Source: Callorhinchus milii (Eukaryota). From it: a DNA stretch of 64,000 bases. The stretch covers positions 94,180,001 through 94,244,000 of the forward strand of contig NW_024704743.1 of NCBI RefSeq assembly GCF_018977255.1, written 5' to 3'. A model generated the notes under the pieces. The model was not told the origin of the DNA. It worked only from the letters and a program-made list of their open reading frames with translations, and did no database searches. Position 1 is the stretch's first letter, and every line of letters begins with the position of its first letter. Of the stretch, positions 52,000 to 64,000 are shown in pieces. The translations under genes were made by a program, and so were the position numbers.

Positions 52000-52324
52000 G
52001 TGGAGTCCTGTAGCTCAGTGGTTAGAGCACTCGCTTTGCAAGTGAGAGACCTGAGTTCAATTCCTGGCAGAGGGCGAAACCTTGTGCAAGTTTCCTTACT
52101 CCACACAGAGCCTAATAATAATCCCTCCAAAACTAAAAACAATAATAAATTGGTCATTTTCAATCTATGACTGTTTGTGGGACATTGCTGTGCGCAATTG
52201 GCTGCCGCGTTCGCCCACAAATATACAGTCAATTCACTTTACAGTGTGTTCTGTGAAGCGCTTTGGGACGTCCTCCCGACGTGAAAAGCGCTATATCAAA
52301 TGCAAGGATTATTATTTATTATTA
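52000..52324 (+). mobile_element. tRNA-Ala-derived SINE, youngest subfamily
   Basis: Near-identical to the 11120 and 29159 copies; perfect tail hairpin. Confidence 0.93.
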
Positions 52325-52379
52325 AGCTGAGCATCTTCAAAAGCTAAAGCTTTGTTTTGTTGTTTTATTTTCAAACACA

Positions 52380-53310
52380 GCTTCTCATTCTGCCTCCACC
52401 CTCGATTCCAGTACCACTGCTGTCCTGACAGATTGTCTGTCAAGACATCAAATCCTGGATGAGAGCCAACTTTCTGCAGGTGAACGTCAACAAGATAGAG
52501 GTCTTTCTGATTAACTCCTATCAGTGCCTCCACATCTCAGACGCTGAAAGCATCACTATTCACTGATGTACACTCAACCTCAGAGGTAGTTCGGAACATT
52601 GGTGCCTTGTTCAACCCTCAACTTTAAACCCCACGTCCATGTTATGACACGTTCTGCCTTTGCCCACCTCTATAACAATGCTCTCCTCTGAAACTACCTC
52701 TCCCTCAGATTGCCAAGACCCTCATCCATGCTTTCATTATGTCCAGGTTTGACTATGCTAACTCTCTGCTCTCCAAACTTTCCAACTCTTCCCTCCACAA
52801 GCTGTAGATTATTCAGAACTCTGCAGCTCATGTCCTCTCCCACACCAAGCTCCGTGAGCAGATCACCCCCATCCTCGCCTGGCTTCACTGACTCCCCATA
52901 ACCCAGAAAATCGAGTTTAAGATCCTCATTCTCACTATCAAAGTCCTCCCTACCTTTGTCATCTACTAAAACCTTACCAGCCTTCCCGCTCCCTCTGCTT
53001 GGCAGGCACAGGCTGTTCCATGTCTCCCCGCCCTGCCCACCACACCAATGGTAGTTGGACTTCCAGCCTTTCTGCCCCGACCTTTAGAACTCCATCCCGG
53101 AATCCCTTTGCCTCCTTCAAGGCCTGTCTGAAGACCTTTCTCTTTAACCACGCCTTCGGTCATCTACCCACTCACTGCCTTCCCCCTCAGACCTCACCTC
53201 TCATTATTCCAACCCCCAGCTCGGCTGCAAACCTTTGACTGCCCAGTGCTTTGGGATATCATCCCGACATGAAAGGACCTATAATAAATATAATTTTGTT
53301 GTTGTTGTTG
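52380..53310 (+). mobile_element. Degenerate L2 LINE 3' fragment ending about 65 bp from the exon 5 donor
   Basis: DIKSWMRANFLQVN-like remnants; stem-loop and (TTG)n tail. Confidence 0.85.
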
Positions 53311-53373
53311 AATTGAATTACTCTACTCTGAAAGGAATACAAACCAATGGAAATAAAAGGGAATGGAGCTCAC

Positions 53374-53534
53374 CAGTGACTTTGTAGGTTGATGAGTTGC
53401 AGACTTTCTGTTCTCCAGTTTGCTGCTGGTTGAAGAATCAGAATCAGTAAGATAAGAATCCACTGCACCCTGTGTTATGTCACTGATCTCTTCGTTGTCA
53501 CTAAAACTGTCCCAGTCTATCGTGGGGGATTCAT
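53374..53534 (-). CDS. SPIDR: SPIDR coding exon (probable exon 5), 161 bp, phase 1-0: DESPTIDWDSFSDNEEISDITQGAVDSYLTDSDSSTSSKLENRKSATHQPTKSL
   Basis: Acceptor tgtcttttcag and donor CTG|gtgagc; IDW acidic motif as in SPIDR; phases consistent with neighbours. Confidence 0.88.
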
Positions 53535-55024
53535 CTGAAAAGACAGAACATTTCATTCAACCAGTATTCTAACTACAGGTTTCATTTAAGCAAATTGCCA
53601 GTGATTTGTAAAATTGTTTGACCTTCATAATTTTGTTCATAGCAAGCTTCAGCAGAATCCAAACCAACTGAGCTTCCCAGCAGTGTCCAGATGATTTGGG
53701 GTTTGAATCTTGGGACAGTCCATTCAAACCTTTAGAAACTACTAAAATATTTAAAAAGTGTCTAAAACAAAATATTTTCCTGAAAATGAGGTGCTAATGA
53801 AACGATGAGCTTGGCAAAGCCAGTTAGGTTCCTAGTGATCCATGACAAATTTCTGAGATTTCCTCTAGACAAGGAAAACATATCTGAGAATCAGGACTTG
53901 CATTAGAAGTTTTCAGATAGAAAAATAGCGCCTTGTAACAGTAGCAGACTATCTGGTAAGTAGTTTTAGCAAAAACAACAGCAGGGAAGTGGGGAGTTAA
54001 ATCAGAGATACAGATGCAGTTATGGAAATTTCCCATTTGTCTTAAATGGAGCACTTACTCCCTCCCCAAAGGGACGTAGCCTGCTTTTCTAATTCTGCAC
54101 AGTATTACGCACAGGTTGACAGGAGCCAAGACCCAGGTGCACAGTCAAAAAGCCAACTTTCAACTAACAAGATTCTATTATAGAATTAATCCTAAAAAAA
54201 ATTTCACAATGAAGAACATCTGAGTAATTCAACACTTTGTACTCAAAATAAAAGTATCCCAATTGATGATGGAATAGACACTAAAAAATTCAAATAAAAA
54301 CAGAATAAGAAAATATGCATCAATACCAACACCCTCTCACACCAAAAATTGAAAAGGAGAAAAACAAATTGATCCCAATAGAGTATGCACTTCATGCTTT
54401 ATTAACTGTCAGTAACAGCTTGTCTGCCGTGTAGACAGATACTTTGTTTGAGTCACCAGAAATTAACAACAGTTTCCCCAGTGGCTCAGAAGATGAATGA
54501 ACAGCATTGGGTTGCATTGCATCATACAAATGAGAAACGTTCTGTCTCTATGCTGTATTGAGTTAGCCTCAGCCAGGAAACGAAATCAGTATGAATGTTA
54601 TCCAGTACAAATGTACGAGGACAGGATAATATTGCTGCAAGAGGCCCCACTGTCAAATAACGCAGAACTGATAGAATTACGGTCTTGGCTTCTGTCAACG
54701 TGTGTGTAATACTTTGCAGAATTAGATAAGCAGGCTATCAGATAAATGGGAAATTTCCAAGCGTAGGCAATATGCATATGTAGAACTCTCTCTGGTTTGG
54801 AGACGCTTAAGCACGTCAATAGGCTTCTGTATGTTTCAGACACAAGTAAGCAATGCAGTGTGAGTACTGCATATTTTGGGGTATCTACTATTGCCCCAAC
54901 AGGGCAGGGCTCATTGCCCACAGTCTGAGAACCACTGGTGCAAAACACTGGGGTTTTTAATTGGTCTATCTCTTCAAACAGTTAATTTTCAACCTCTAGC
55001 CACACAAAGAAAAACATAACTTAC

Positions 55025-55222
55025 CTTCACTCATCTGGCTGTCTGTTAATGAGTTGATCATATGAAGGTACTTGTGGTAGGAATTGATTGTTCTTTGGGT
55101 TTTTGGCATCAATCTCTCTTTTGAATTACCCAGCAGCATTTCAGGATCTGACAGCTCACTATCACTGGAGCTCCACACAATGTTGTCCTTCTCCTCGGAC
55201 TCCTGACCTCTGCAAATGTCTG
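55025..55222 (-). CDS. SPIDR: SPIDR coding exon (probable exon 4), 198 bp (195 bp if the second AG is used), phase 1-1: (A)DICRGQESEEKDNIVWSSSDSELSDPEMLLGNSKERLMPKTQRTINSYHKYLHMINSLTDSQMSE
   Basis: Tandem CAGCAG acceptor and donor AAG|gtaagt. IVWSSSDSELSD matches the SPIDR ITWSSSGSDLSD motif. Confidence 0.88.
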
Positions 55223-57029
55223 CTGGACCAAACAATTACAACCCATGTCAAAAATTCACCTAAGTTCACAAAATGAGTTTACCCAAGTCAAATAAGCATT
55301 TATGCACAACTATATTATAGAAACTAATGTAGGATTTTGCAGATTTTTTTTGATGCATTACATAAAATTTGCTGATAATTCAAAATTTTGGCAATCAAAT
55401 AAATCAACCTTAGATTGAACGGTTGGAAAGTCAGTAAAACCTTCGAAGATTTAATTCCTGGTCACAATCTTTGATAAGTTAATTCTGCAAGAACAGAACA
55501 AAATATTGATTGCAAAGAATGTAATTGCTCCTAAGATAGAGCTGTTCATTGGAACCCCAAGTACCCACATTAAAGAAGCACAAATCTGGATACAAAGGCA
55601 CAATGATCCCGATAGCCATCTTACAGTACTCCATAAAAGAAACACAGACACCTATGGATGTAAGTTTAAAAGAGGCACTGATGCAGATCTGAATTAAGAC
55701 TTGCAGTGGTGAGGAACCATAAGCAGAGAAAGGTATCATAGCAATGAAAGTCACCTCCTCAGGGACATAATCCATTATCTGATCTTAACAAATGTCAGCA
55801 GCAAGCATCCAATTGCAGGACAGGATGCAACCAAATTTGAGGCTAATTCATCCAGGACAAGAGCGAGAAAGAAGACAGTGTGCTCTAAACTGCAACAGAA
55901 AATTGGGAGACAAAAAAAATGAACGTGCTTCTGAATATTGCAGTCTTGCAGCCATGCAAGTCCTGCTGGTGGTGCTGTTGTGCTTGTAGAAATCACTTTT
56001 CATAGACACAGGATCAGTTCAAATGAAGAAAGTCTTTCAGGCCATTTCATCTCATTCTTCCAAAACCTCCCATTGTTTGGCATCCACCACTCTTCCTGGT
56101 AACCTGTATCATTGTTAAGTATCCTCTGGGTAAATACTTCCTCATGGCTATTCTGAAATTACTGTACGGAACCCTAAACCAATGGCCTCTTGTGATGCTT
56201 CCTTTGTGTATCTGAAAATATTGTCTGGGTTTACTTTGTCAATTTTATTTGAAATTTTATACATAGATTATATATATACACACATAAATACATTATGTGT
56301 GTGTATGTATATATATATATATATACACACACATGCTGACAAGGTCAAGTTTTCAATACTGAAGAGCTTAAGTTATCATTGCTCGTAGCCCAATCTTCTA
56401 ACACTGGAGATCATACTCATTGTTTTCCTCTGCATTGCCCCCATGGCCTGGACAACTCCTTTAATGCTTCAGTTCCCCCCAACTTGAAGTAATCTGCATC
56501 ATCTGTAAATGCATGTCATTGATGGATACCAGGAACATAAGGAATCCCAGTACAAAACCCTGAAGCACCCTAATTTAATACTGCCTCCCGTTTTGATCTA
56601 GCTCCCCTAACAACCATCCCCTCTTTCTTTCCCTTCAGTATTTTGAATCCAAGTCTTTGATAGCAAGAGACATCAGTTTACAAATGAAACTGAGCTGAAT
56701 CAGAATATTCCCAATACTATTTCGCATCAAATATTTCACACCTATATTGCAGTGGTGATTTGATCTCACAATCACTAAATTTCAGACATAAGCAGAAAGG
56801 CAGAAGCAACCTGCTTGACAATCATGTATGATCTGTGGACAACTAAACAAGATATTAAAGAATTAAGCCTAAATTAAAAAGAGATTGCATGGACAATACA
56901 GTTCCTGTAACTCATACAACTGATCTTTCCACATACAATCAGAGGTCATATGTTCACATACATATAACCCCCTCTCTTAGCAGTTTTAGTCTGACTGGTA
57001 AATACTGGTGAATTGCAACTATTTGCAAC

Positions 57030-57630
57030 TCCTCCGACCCTCTCACCCCTCACCTCAAATGCCAACTGCGAGGTGATGCTGGACTTCCTCGAATCCAAAG
57101 TCGAGGGAATCCGCTCAGCTGCCTCTGCAACTACTATCCCCTGCCAATCTCCTACTCCCACCCCAGCCCCTACCCGTCTCCCCCTCTTCTCTCATCACCA
57201 CCATAACCCATATGAAACCCACCACCTGCTCCCTCGACCCCATCCCTACATCCCTCCTTACCCCACAGCTCCACCTCCTTGCCCCTCTACTCACTGACAT
57301 TGTTAACCTCTCCCTGTCCTCTGGTACTGTTCCCACCCTTTTAAAAAACGCTATCATCTTTCCTTTCCTTAAAAAGCCCTCCCTCTACCCTTCTCTACTC
57401 TCCAACTACCATCCTATCTCCAACCTCCCCTTCCTCTCCAATCTTGTGTGGCATTCCTCAGGGCTCTGTCATTGGTCCCCTCCTCTTCAACATCTATACG
57501 CTGCCTCTTGGTGACATCATCTGCAGACATGGGGTCAACTTCCACATGTATGCGGATGACACCCAACTCTACCTCTCTGCCTCCACTCTCGACTCCAGGA
57601 CCACAGACTGTGTCAGGACACTCCTGACAG
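57030..57630 (+). mobile_element. L2 fragment with a large internal deletion
   Basis: MKPTTCSLDPIPT...NLPFLS jumps directly to [11 protein letters not shown]...YADDTQL. Confidence 0.85.
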
Positions 57631-58434
57631 AGTAATTCTGGACTCTTGACTAATGTTCCTCCTATGTCATTGATGTACAATGGTACATTGATTCAGATTA
57701 TCACCTGAATATCACTGTATAATAGTCACCAAACCTAAAAGTATTTCATTTGGTGAGGCCCTTCCCAAAGCTTTAAATGTATATTTTTTAAAAAACATGA
57801 CTAAGATTAGAAATCTACCACGTAGAGAACGTCTGACATGGGAGTCCACAACCTGTTCCATTACGCACAGTACACTAAAGATTCAATGGTCTGCAACTAA
57901 TGTTAACTGACCTTAATAATAGTTTGTGGAGTCAGGGATGGAAAATGAAGGCTATCGTGTGAAAATGTATCATAAATGTACAAGCCTAACCTTGAGCAAC
58001 ATAACCCACAAGCATGGTCCTAGCTTTCATATGCATGCTAATGATACTCTAACAAGCACAAGTTGTATATCAGAAAATAAAGAGTGGGCATTGCTTAGCA
58101 TTTATAATAAATAAATATTCCTTGCATTGGTTATAGCGCCCTTCACATTGTCATGATGTTTCAAAGGGCTTCACAGGAATTCTGTAAAGTGAATTAACTG
58201 TATATTTTGATGGTGCAACGCGGCATCCAATTGCACACAGCAATGTCCCACGAACAGTCGTGGATCTAGTGACCAAATTATTATTATTTTTTGAAAGGAT
58301 GATTAACCCTGGTAAAACAATCCACCAATCGGGTAATTATTAACTAATTATTATTAATAACAACTGGGTTGACTGTGTATCATGTGAGCGAAATGCGGCA
58401 GTCAGTTGCACACAGCAATGTCTCACAATTAGCC

Positions 58435-58740
58435 ATAATAATAATAATCCTTGCATTTGATATAGCGCTTTTCAAGTCTTTTAGACGTCTCAAAGCGCTT
58501 CACAGAATATGCTGTAAAGTGAATTGACTGTATATCTGTGGGCGAAATGTGGCAGCCAATTGCGCACAGCAGCGTCCCAAGCAGCCATGGATTGAAAATG
58601 ACCAATTTACTATTGTTTTTTGGAGGGATTATTATTAGGTGTGTGGAGTAAGGAAACTTGCCCAAGGTTTCGCCCTGCCTGGAATTGAACCCAAGTGTCT
58701 CGCTTGCAAGGCTAGTGCTCTAACCACTGAGCTACAGGAC
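58435..58740 (-). mobile_element. tRNA-Ala SINE, intermediate subfamily; adjacent older SINE pieces at about 58105-58430
   Basis: Short body with older tail loop GAGACGTCTAAAAGACTTG. Confidence 0.88.
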
Positions 58741-58920
58741 ATCAGATAAGGATGGATCACAAGACTGGAGCATCATGGATTAATTAACCTTTCAGATTTC
58801 AAGGCTTCTAACTCCTTTGCAGGGAATCATTAAGGCCCTCACAGGCTAAATATTTTTGCAAACTCTGGAATAAATGGAACAGGCAGAAAGTGCACATCAA
58901 TTTCTCTATTCTACTCAATT

Positions 58921-60217
58921 TCTGGTCAAAGTCACTAATGACATGCTGAACCCTATGATCAGGGCTCCCTCTGCCTCCTTGTCCTCTCTGCCGCCTTCGA
59001 CATTGTCGACCACTCCACCTTCATACACCGCCTCGCCGCTTTGCTCAATCTTCACGGAACTGCCCTTGCCTGGTCCGATTCCTATCTCTCCCAAGTCTCC
59101 ACTTCGTTGCCTTCAACGGTTTCTCCTCCAGCCCCCGTAATGTTACATTTGGCGCCCCCCAGGGCTCTGTCCTTGGCCCTCTCCTCTTTAATATCTATAT
59201 GCTCCCCCTTGGTGACATCATCCACAGACATGGGGTCAACTTCCACATGTATGCGGATGACACCCAACTCTACCTCTCTGCCTCCACTCTCGACTCCAGG
59301 ACCACTGCTGTCCTGACAGACTGCCTGTCGGACATCAAGTCCTGGATGAGGGTAAATTTCTTACAGTTGAATGTGAACAAGACTGAGGCCCTCCCAATTG
59401 GCTCGCGTCAGAGCCTCAGCACCTCAGGCTCTGACAACATCAACCTCCATGGTTGCACACTACAACTCACCAAGCCAGTCAGGAACTTAGGTGTCTTGTT
59501 CGACCCTCAACTCTTTCCCCCCTACATCCAAGCCATGACCCGCTCTGCCTTCCCTCACCTCCATAACATCACCCAACTCTGCCACTACCTCACCCCTCAG
59601 GCCGCTGAAAATCTTGTTCATGCCTTCATCACCTCTAGGCTCGACTATGCAAACGCCCTGCTTGTCTGCCTTCCCAACTCCGCCCTCCACAAGCTGCAGA
59701 TAATCCAGAACTCTGCAGCCCGTGTCCTCTCCGGCACCAAACTCCAAGACCCTATCTCCCCCACTCTCGCCCGACTCCACTGGCTCCCTATTCTTCAGAG
59801 GATCCAGTTCAAGATTCCTGGTCCTCACATACAAAGCCCTCCTTAGCCTCGCCCCACCCTACCTCTGCAACCTCCTAAGCCCCTGCCAACCCGTCTGTTC
59901 CCTCCGCTCAGCCGGCTCTGGCTTGCTCCACGTCCCCCGATCCACCCACCCCACCCCACCATTGACGGGAGAGCCTTCAGCCACTCTGCCCCCAATCTCT
60001 GGAATTCCATCCCCCAGTCACTCGGCCTCGCTCCCTCCTTAGCCTCCTTCAAGTCCCATCTCAAGACCCTCCTCTTCGACCATGCCATCGGCCACCCCAC
60101 TTCCCCTCCCCTCCCCCCCCAACCCCAGCTCGGATCTGAAATGCTGTACTCTGTCCAGCGCCTTGGGACATCCTCCCGACGTGAAAGGCGCTATACAAAT
60201 GTAATCTTGTCGTTGTT
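58921..60217 (+). mobile_element. L2 LINE 3' fragment
   Basis: 215 aa RT/C-terminal ORF (59199-59846) with YADD; perfect outer tail stem AGCGCCTT...AAGGCGCT. Confidence 0.92.
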
Positions 60218-60787
60218 CTACCCTTAAAATCAAGGAATAATCCTGTAGCCATGGAGTGAGTGACCAGTTTTATTTGGGGAACTGTTGGCCCTTCTCTTTT
60301 CAAACAGGGCCATGGGATCTTTAACACCCACCTGAACTGGCAGACATTACCTCAGTTTAATGGCACCTACGACAATGTAACACCTCCACAGCACCTCATT
60401 GGAGTGATTCCATGTGATTCCAAATCCCAAGTTGGCGCTGGAACCCACAAGGGTCTGACTCAGAGGCAAGATTGCTACCACTGCGCTAGGCTGACACACA
60501 AAGTCAGACTTTGTGTTATATCCTGGCGCAGTGGTAGTCATTTCTAAGTTGGAGAGGAATGGAACTTTAGGTTCTATCTGAAGGATAAAAAGTTGAAACA
60601 AAATTCTATGCAAATTTTAACTGACCAGAGCAGCAATTCACAGGCAACCAGCAAATACAGATTCCAGCTGATTTCTGTTCATATCTTTGGAATAAATTTG
60701 TGTTAAATTAAAAGATGACACTCAGTTAAAAATACACAGCACATATAATCCATGTAATCTATGAATGTAAAATCCCAGACAAAATAC

Positions 60788-60857
60788 CTTCATTAGACTG
60801 CAGTGCAGAGGTAAGGCTTCGGACTACTTGTAACTTCTTCCCTAAAGGTCCATCATC
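60788..60857 (-). CDS. SPIDR: SPIDR coding exon (probable exon 3), 70 bp, phase 0-1: DDGPLGKKLQVVRSLTSALQSNE
   Basis: Acceptor ttattttaacag and donor AAG|gtattt; open frame. Its phases bridge the flanking exons exactly. Confidence 0.8.
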
Positions 60858-61009
60858 CTGTTAAAATAAGTAACATATTTATTGTTGAACTTGAAGAGCA
60901 AAAATACAGTTACTATACTTCAAAGTATATTTCCCAACCAGTTTTCTTTCCAAAATGTTTTCTGGGTTATAGCTTCATGGGCACTGTTCCTCCAATACCT
61001 TATCCAAAT

Positions 61010-61230
61010 TGACATTCTTGATGCATAAGATCAGACAATAAGTGTCATCAGGCTGTCTGATCCTTAGTTGCATCAAGACTGAGTCTAATTCCAGCCTCCT
61101 CTAAAGTGTACACATACACCTGTCCGGAGGGTTCACTGGATAGGATGTAGATGTTTTCTCCTCCCCAGTCTAAAGGCAATGAAGCCACTTGTGGCATCCT
61201 TTCTACCATCATCTCAGCTGAGTTTTAACT
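61010..61230 (-). mobile_element. Ancient LmeSINE1-like fragment (related pieces at about 43575-43700 and 54470-54700 on the plus strand)
   Basis: CTCAGC...TGGC(C/T)TCA...GGGAGGAG...CTATCCAGTG pattern recognised from memory; highly diverged. Confidence 0.4.
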
Positions 61231-62090
61231 TGAAAACTTCACAGTGACAAGGCTCAGTTCTACACTGGCAGTGCTTTTATACACTAAGTCACAAGAAGTT
61301 CCCAATACTTTTCAAAAAGGTTTGTGTTAATTAACTATCAATATCCTGCATTAACAAATATTTGAGATATACACACAATTGCTTTTTAAAAATCCAGAGC
61401 AAAATCTTAACACAGATAAATGTTTCTGCTAGTTCAAGCTCTTTGTAACTTATTACAGTATAATTAACCTGTCCGAGTCCTTACTGGAGGTCTACTAGTT
61501 TAGTCATAAACTTCATTACCTCCTGAAAGAAAAAATGAATTTGCTGATCCTTAGGATTCTTAAAAAATAAGGCTTCACAATTTAAGAAACATAACATTGC
61601 ATTTCCCAGGGAAAGAACCAGCATAAAGATCTTTTATAAATATTTTTTATAATATCTTTTTATAAATATCATAAATATCAAATGCAAGGATTATTATTAT
61701 AAAATAAAACATACAAGGAAAAATGAACTCTATCAAATGTTTATCTGCACCAGAACCTCACAGTTGGATGACGTCAGTTTGTTAATAAGATTGATATTTG
61801 GGTGTACAATATGCTGGAGCTCCAGTATGCTGCTCCAGATTGGTGTGATCACACCCACAAGCCTCCATATTAAGAAGCCAACTTCAGGCGTGCCAGTGTG
61901 AGCAAACACTCCGAGATGCTTTATTGGGCGCCATATAAATGCAAGTATGCTATATAAATGCAAGTTATTGTTGTTGTAAGTAATTATTTAGTGATCCACT
62001 AAAGGGAAGGAGACAGTCAGCCCAGGTCATTTATGGGTACTTCAAAGTGGCAGGTTTCACAGAAGGATTTCCAAGTGCTGCTCATCAGTT

Positions 62091-62122
62091 TATTATTGTT
62101 ATTATTATTATTATTATTATTA
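62091..62122 (+). repeat. (TTA)n microsatellite
   Basis: Direct reading. Confidence 0.9.
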
Positions 62123-62416
62123 TCAGCTGCCCATCAGTCAAAGGTACTTACGGTACAAGAAAACTCGATAAAAGGGAGCAAGAGAAAATACATACATACA
62201 ATGTTGCTCCATTAACTAATTTCAGGTGACACAGGCTGGCGGTTTGCAGAGGGGAAATAATGTATTTTTCATTTCTCCAGAGTTGGCCACACCTGCTATG
62301 CTGACAGTTTTGACTTTATAATACATTTTTTACTAATTATTCATTCACATCCAAAGGAATATTACAGTCTTAGATGCACGCTATTCATATTTGTCCAATG
62401 CACTATATTACATTAC

Positions 62417-62572
62417 CTCAATTTGTGAAGAGTCTTGAAAACCTTCCCCACACCGGTCCCATGATTTTCCAATTGAAGGCATAGACTTCTTAACAAGGCT
62501 CCTTGGTCTTGTGCAAGTAATCTCCACATCGTGTGGAAAATTACTGCCCTGAACCATTTCAGATCTTTTGCG
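62417..62572 (-). CDS. SPIDR: SPIDR coding exon (probable exon 2), 156 bp, phase 0-0: RKRSEMVQGSNFPHDVEITCTRPRSLVKKSMPSIGKSWDRCGEGFQDSSQIE
   Basis: Acceptor cttttcag and donor GAG|gtaatg; open frame. RKRS...WxRCGEGFQ matches the N-terminal motif of vertebrate SPIDR as I recall it. Confidence 0.92.
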
Positions 62573-62789
62573 CTGAAAAGCACACAAATAATTCAAGTTG
62601 AGAAATAATAGTCTTTGTTTGTATCATTTCCACAGAGAAAAAAATTATATAAATAGAGAGTGTGCAGTGACTGGACCTGGATACCCTTCCCTGAATAGCA
62701 CAATCTGGTGTGAAGGCAGCTATATAAATACAAAATAATCATGTATAAATAGAAGGGTGTAGTGACTGGAAATGGATACTCCTCACTGT

Positions 62790-63154
62790 ATAATAATAAT
62801 CCTTGCATTTGATATAACGCCTTCTCATGTCGTTGAGTCGTCTCAAAGCACTTCAACAAATGTACTGTAAAGTTAATTGACTGTATATTTTGTGGGCGAA
62901 ATGCAGCAACCAATTGTGCACAGCAGTGTCCCACAAACAGTCGTGGATTGAAAGACCAATTTAGCTTTATTTATAATTTTTCTTGAAGAGATTATTACCC
63001 CCAGAAAAGCGATGCACCAATCAACTAACAACTGGGTGCTTACTTGCTGCTACATAAACAGAGGCAAGTGGAGTAAGGAAACTTGCCTAAGGTTTCTCCT
63101 GCCCAGGAATCAAACTCAGGTCCTCTCTTGCGACACTAAGCTATAGGATTCCAC
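62790..63154 (-). mobile_element. tRNA-Ala SINE, older long-body subfamily
   Basis: Extra internal segment, older tail, small deletion in the head. Confidence 0.85.
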
Positions 63155-64000
63155 TATAAACAGAGAACATGCAGTAGACTGGGCATGGCTCTCCCTCGCT
63201 ATAAACAGAGAACATGCAGTGACTGGGCATGGCTCTCCCTCACTATAAACAGAGAACATGCAGTGACTGGGCATGGCTCTCCCTCACTATAAACAGAGTG
63301 GGCAGTTAAGCGGGGAAATCCTCACTGTGTGGACAGGCTGGACAGTGAGACTGGGCAGGGAGACCCTCACTGTATAAACAGTGTGTACAGGCTGAGCAGA
63401 GAGACCCTCACTGTATAGACAGAGAGACCCTCCCGTATAGACTGGGCAGGGAGACCCTCACTGTATAGACTGGGCAGAGAGACCCTCACTGTATAGACTG
63501 GGCAGGGAGACCCTCACTGTATAGACTGGGCAGGGAGACCCTCACTGTATAGACAGAGACCCTCCCGTATAGGCTGGGCAGGGAGACCCTCACTGTATAG
63601 ACTGGGCAGGGAGACCCTCACTGTATAGACTGGGCAGAGAGACCCTCACTGTATAGACTGGGCAGAGAGACCCTCACTGTATAGACTGGGCAGGGAGACC
63701 CTCACTGTATAGACTGGGCAGGGAGACCCTCACTGTATAGACAGAGAGACCCTCCCGTATAGGCTGGGCAGGGAGACCCTCACTGTATAGACTGGGCAGG
63801 GAGACCCTCACTGTATAGACTGGGCAGAGAGACCCTCACTGTATAGACTGGGCAGGGAGACCCTCACTGTATAGACAGAGAGACCCTCACTGTATAGACA
63901 GAGAGACCCTCACTGTATAGACAGAGACCCTCACTGTATAGACTGGGCAGAGAGACCCTCACTGTATAGACAGAGAGACCCTCACTGTATAGACAGAGAG
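63155..64000 (+). repeat. Minisatellite in SPIDR intron 1: 3 x 44 bp units followed by more than 20 units of 28 bp or 20-23 bp; runs off the window end
   Basis: TATAAACAGAGAACATGCAGTGACTGGGCATGGCTCTCCCTCAC x3, then TGGGCAG(G/A)GAGACCCTCACTGTATAGAC and deletion variants. Confidence 0.97.

Noticed and set aside
56265..56335. Quasi-palindromic TA/CA/TG tract
   Set aside because: Ordinary compound microsatellite.
57030..60217. One L2 split by SINE insertions
   Set aside because: Both pieces contain the YADD region, so they are independent copies.
63155..64000. CRISPR-like array
   Set aside because: No unique spacers, head-to-tail units, and a vertebrate intron context.

Overview
Vertebrate genomic DNA, most likely a cartilaginous fish (inferred from its L2, CR1, Deu-domain SINE and Penelope repeat content). 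The window lies inside one minus-strand gene, SPIDR (scaffold protein involved in DNA repair). Six phase-compatible GT-AG coding exons are present: 62417-62572, 60788-60857, 55025-55222, 53374-53534, 33214-33473 and 24418-24518. The first exon is off the right end, and later exons were not found and probably lie off the left end. The introns are packed with truncated L2 and CR1 LINEs, three generations of a tRNA-Ala-derived L2-tailed SINE, older Deu-core SINEs, Tigger-like ends and a large minisatellite. Nearly all listed ORFs are LINE or SINE fragments or noise. The most notable finding is a family of about 90-150 bp insertions (four copies, three with target-site duplications) consisting almost entirely of a minimal type I hammerhead ribozyme plus a fixed U-rich 3' end, i.e. 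Penelope pLTR or retrozyme-like mini-retroelements. Also notable are covariation and tail replacement in the SINE/L2 3' stem-loop, a STAT/NF-kB/C-EBP motif cluster and a consensus CTCF site. Repeat boundaries and family names were assigned by eye and are approximate.
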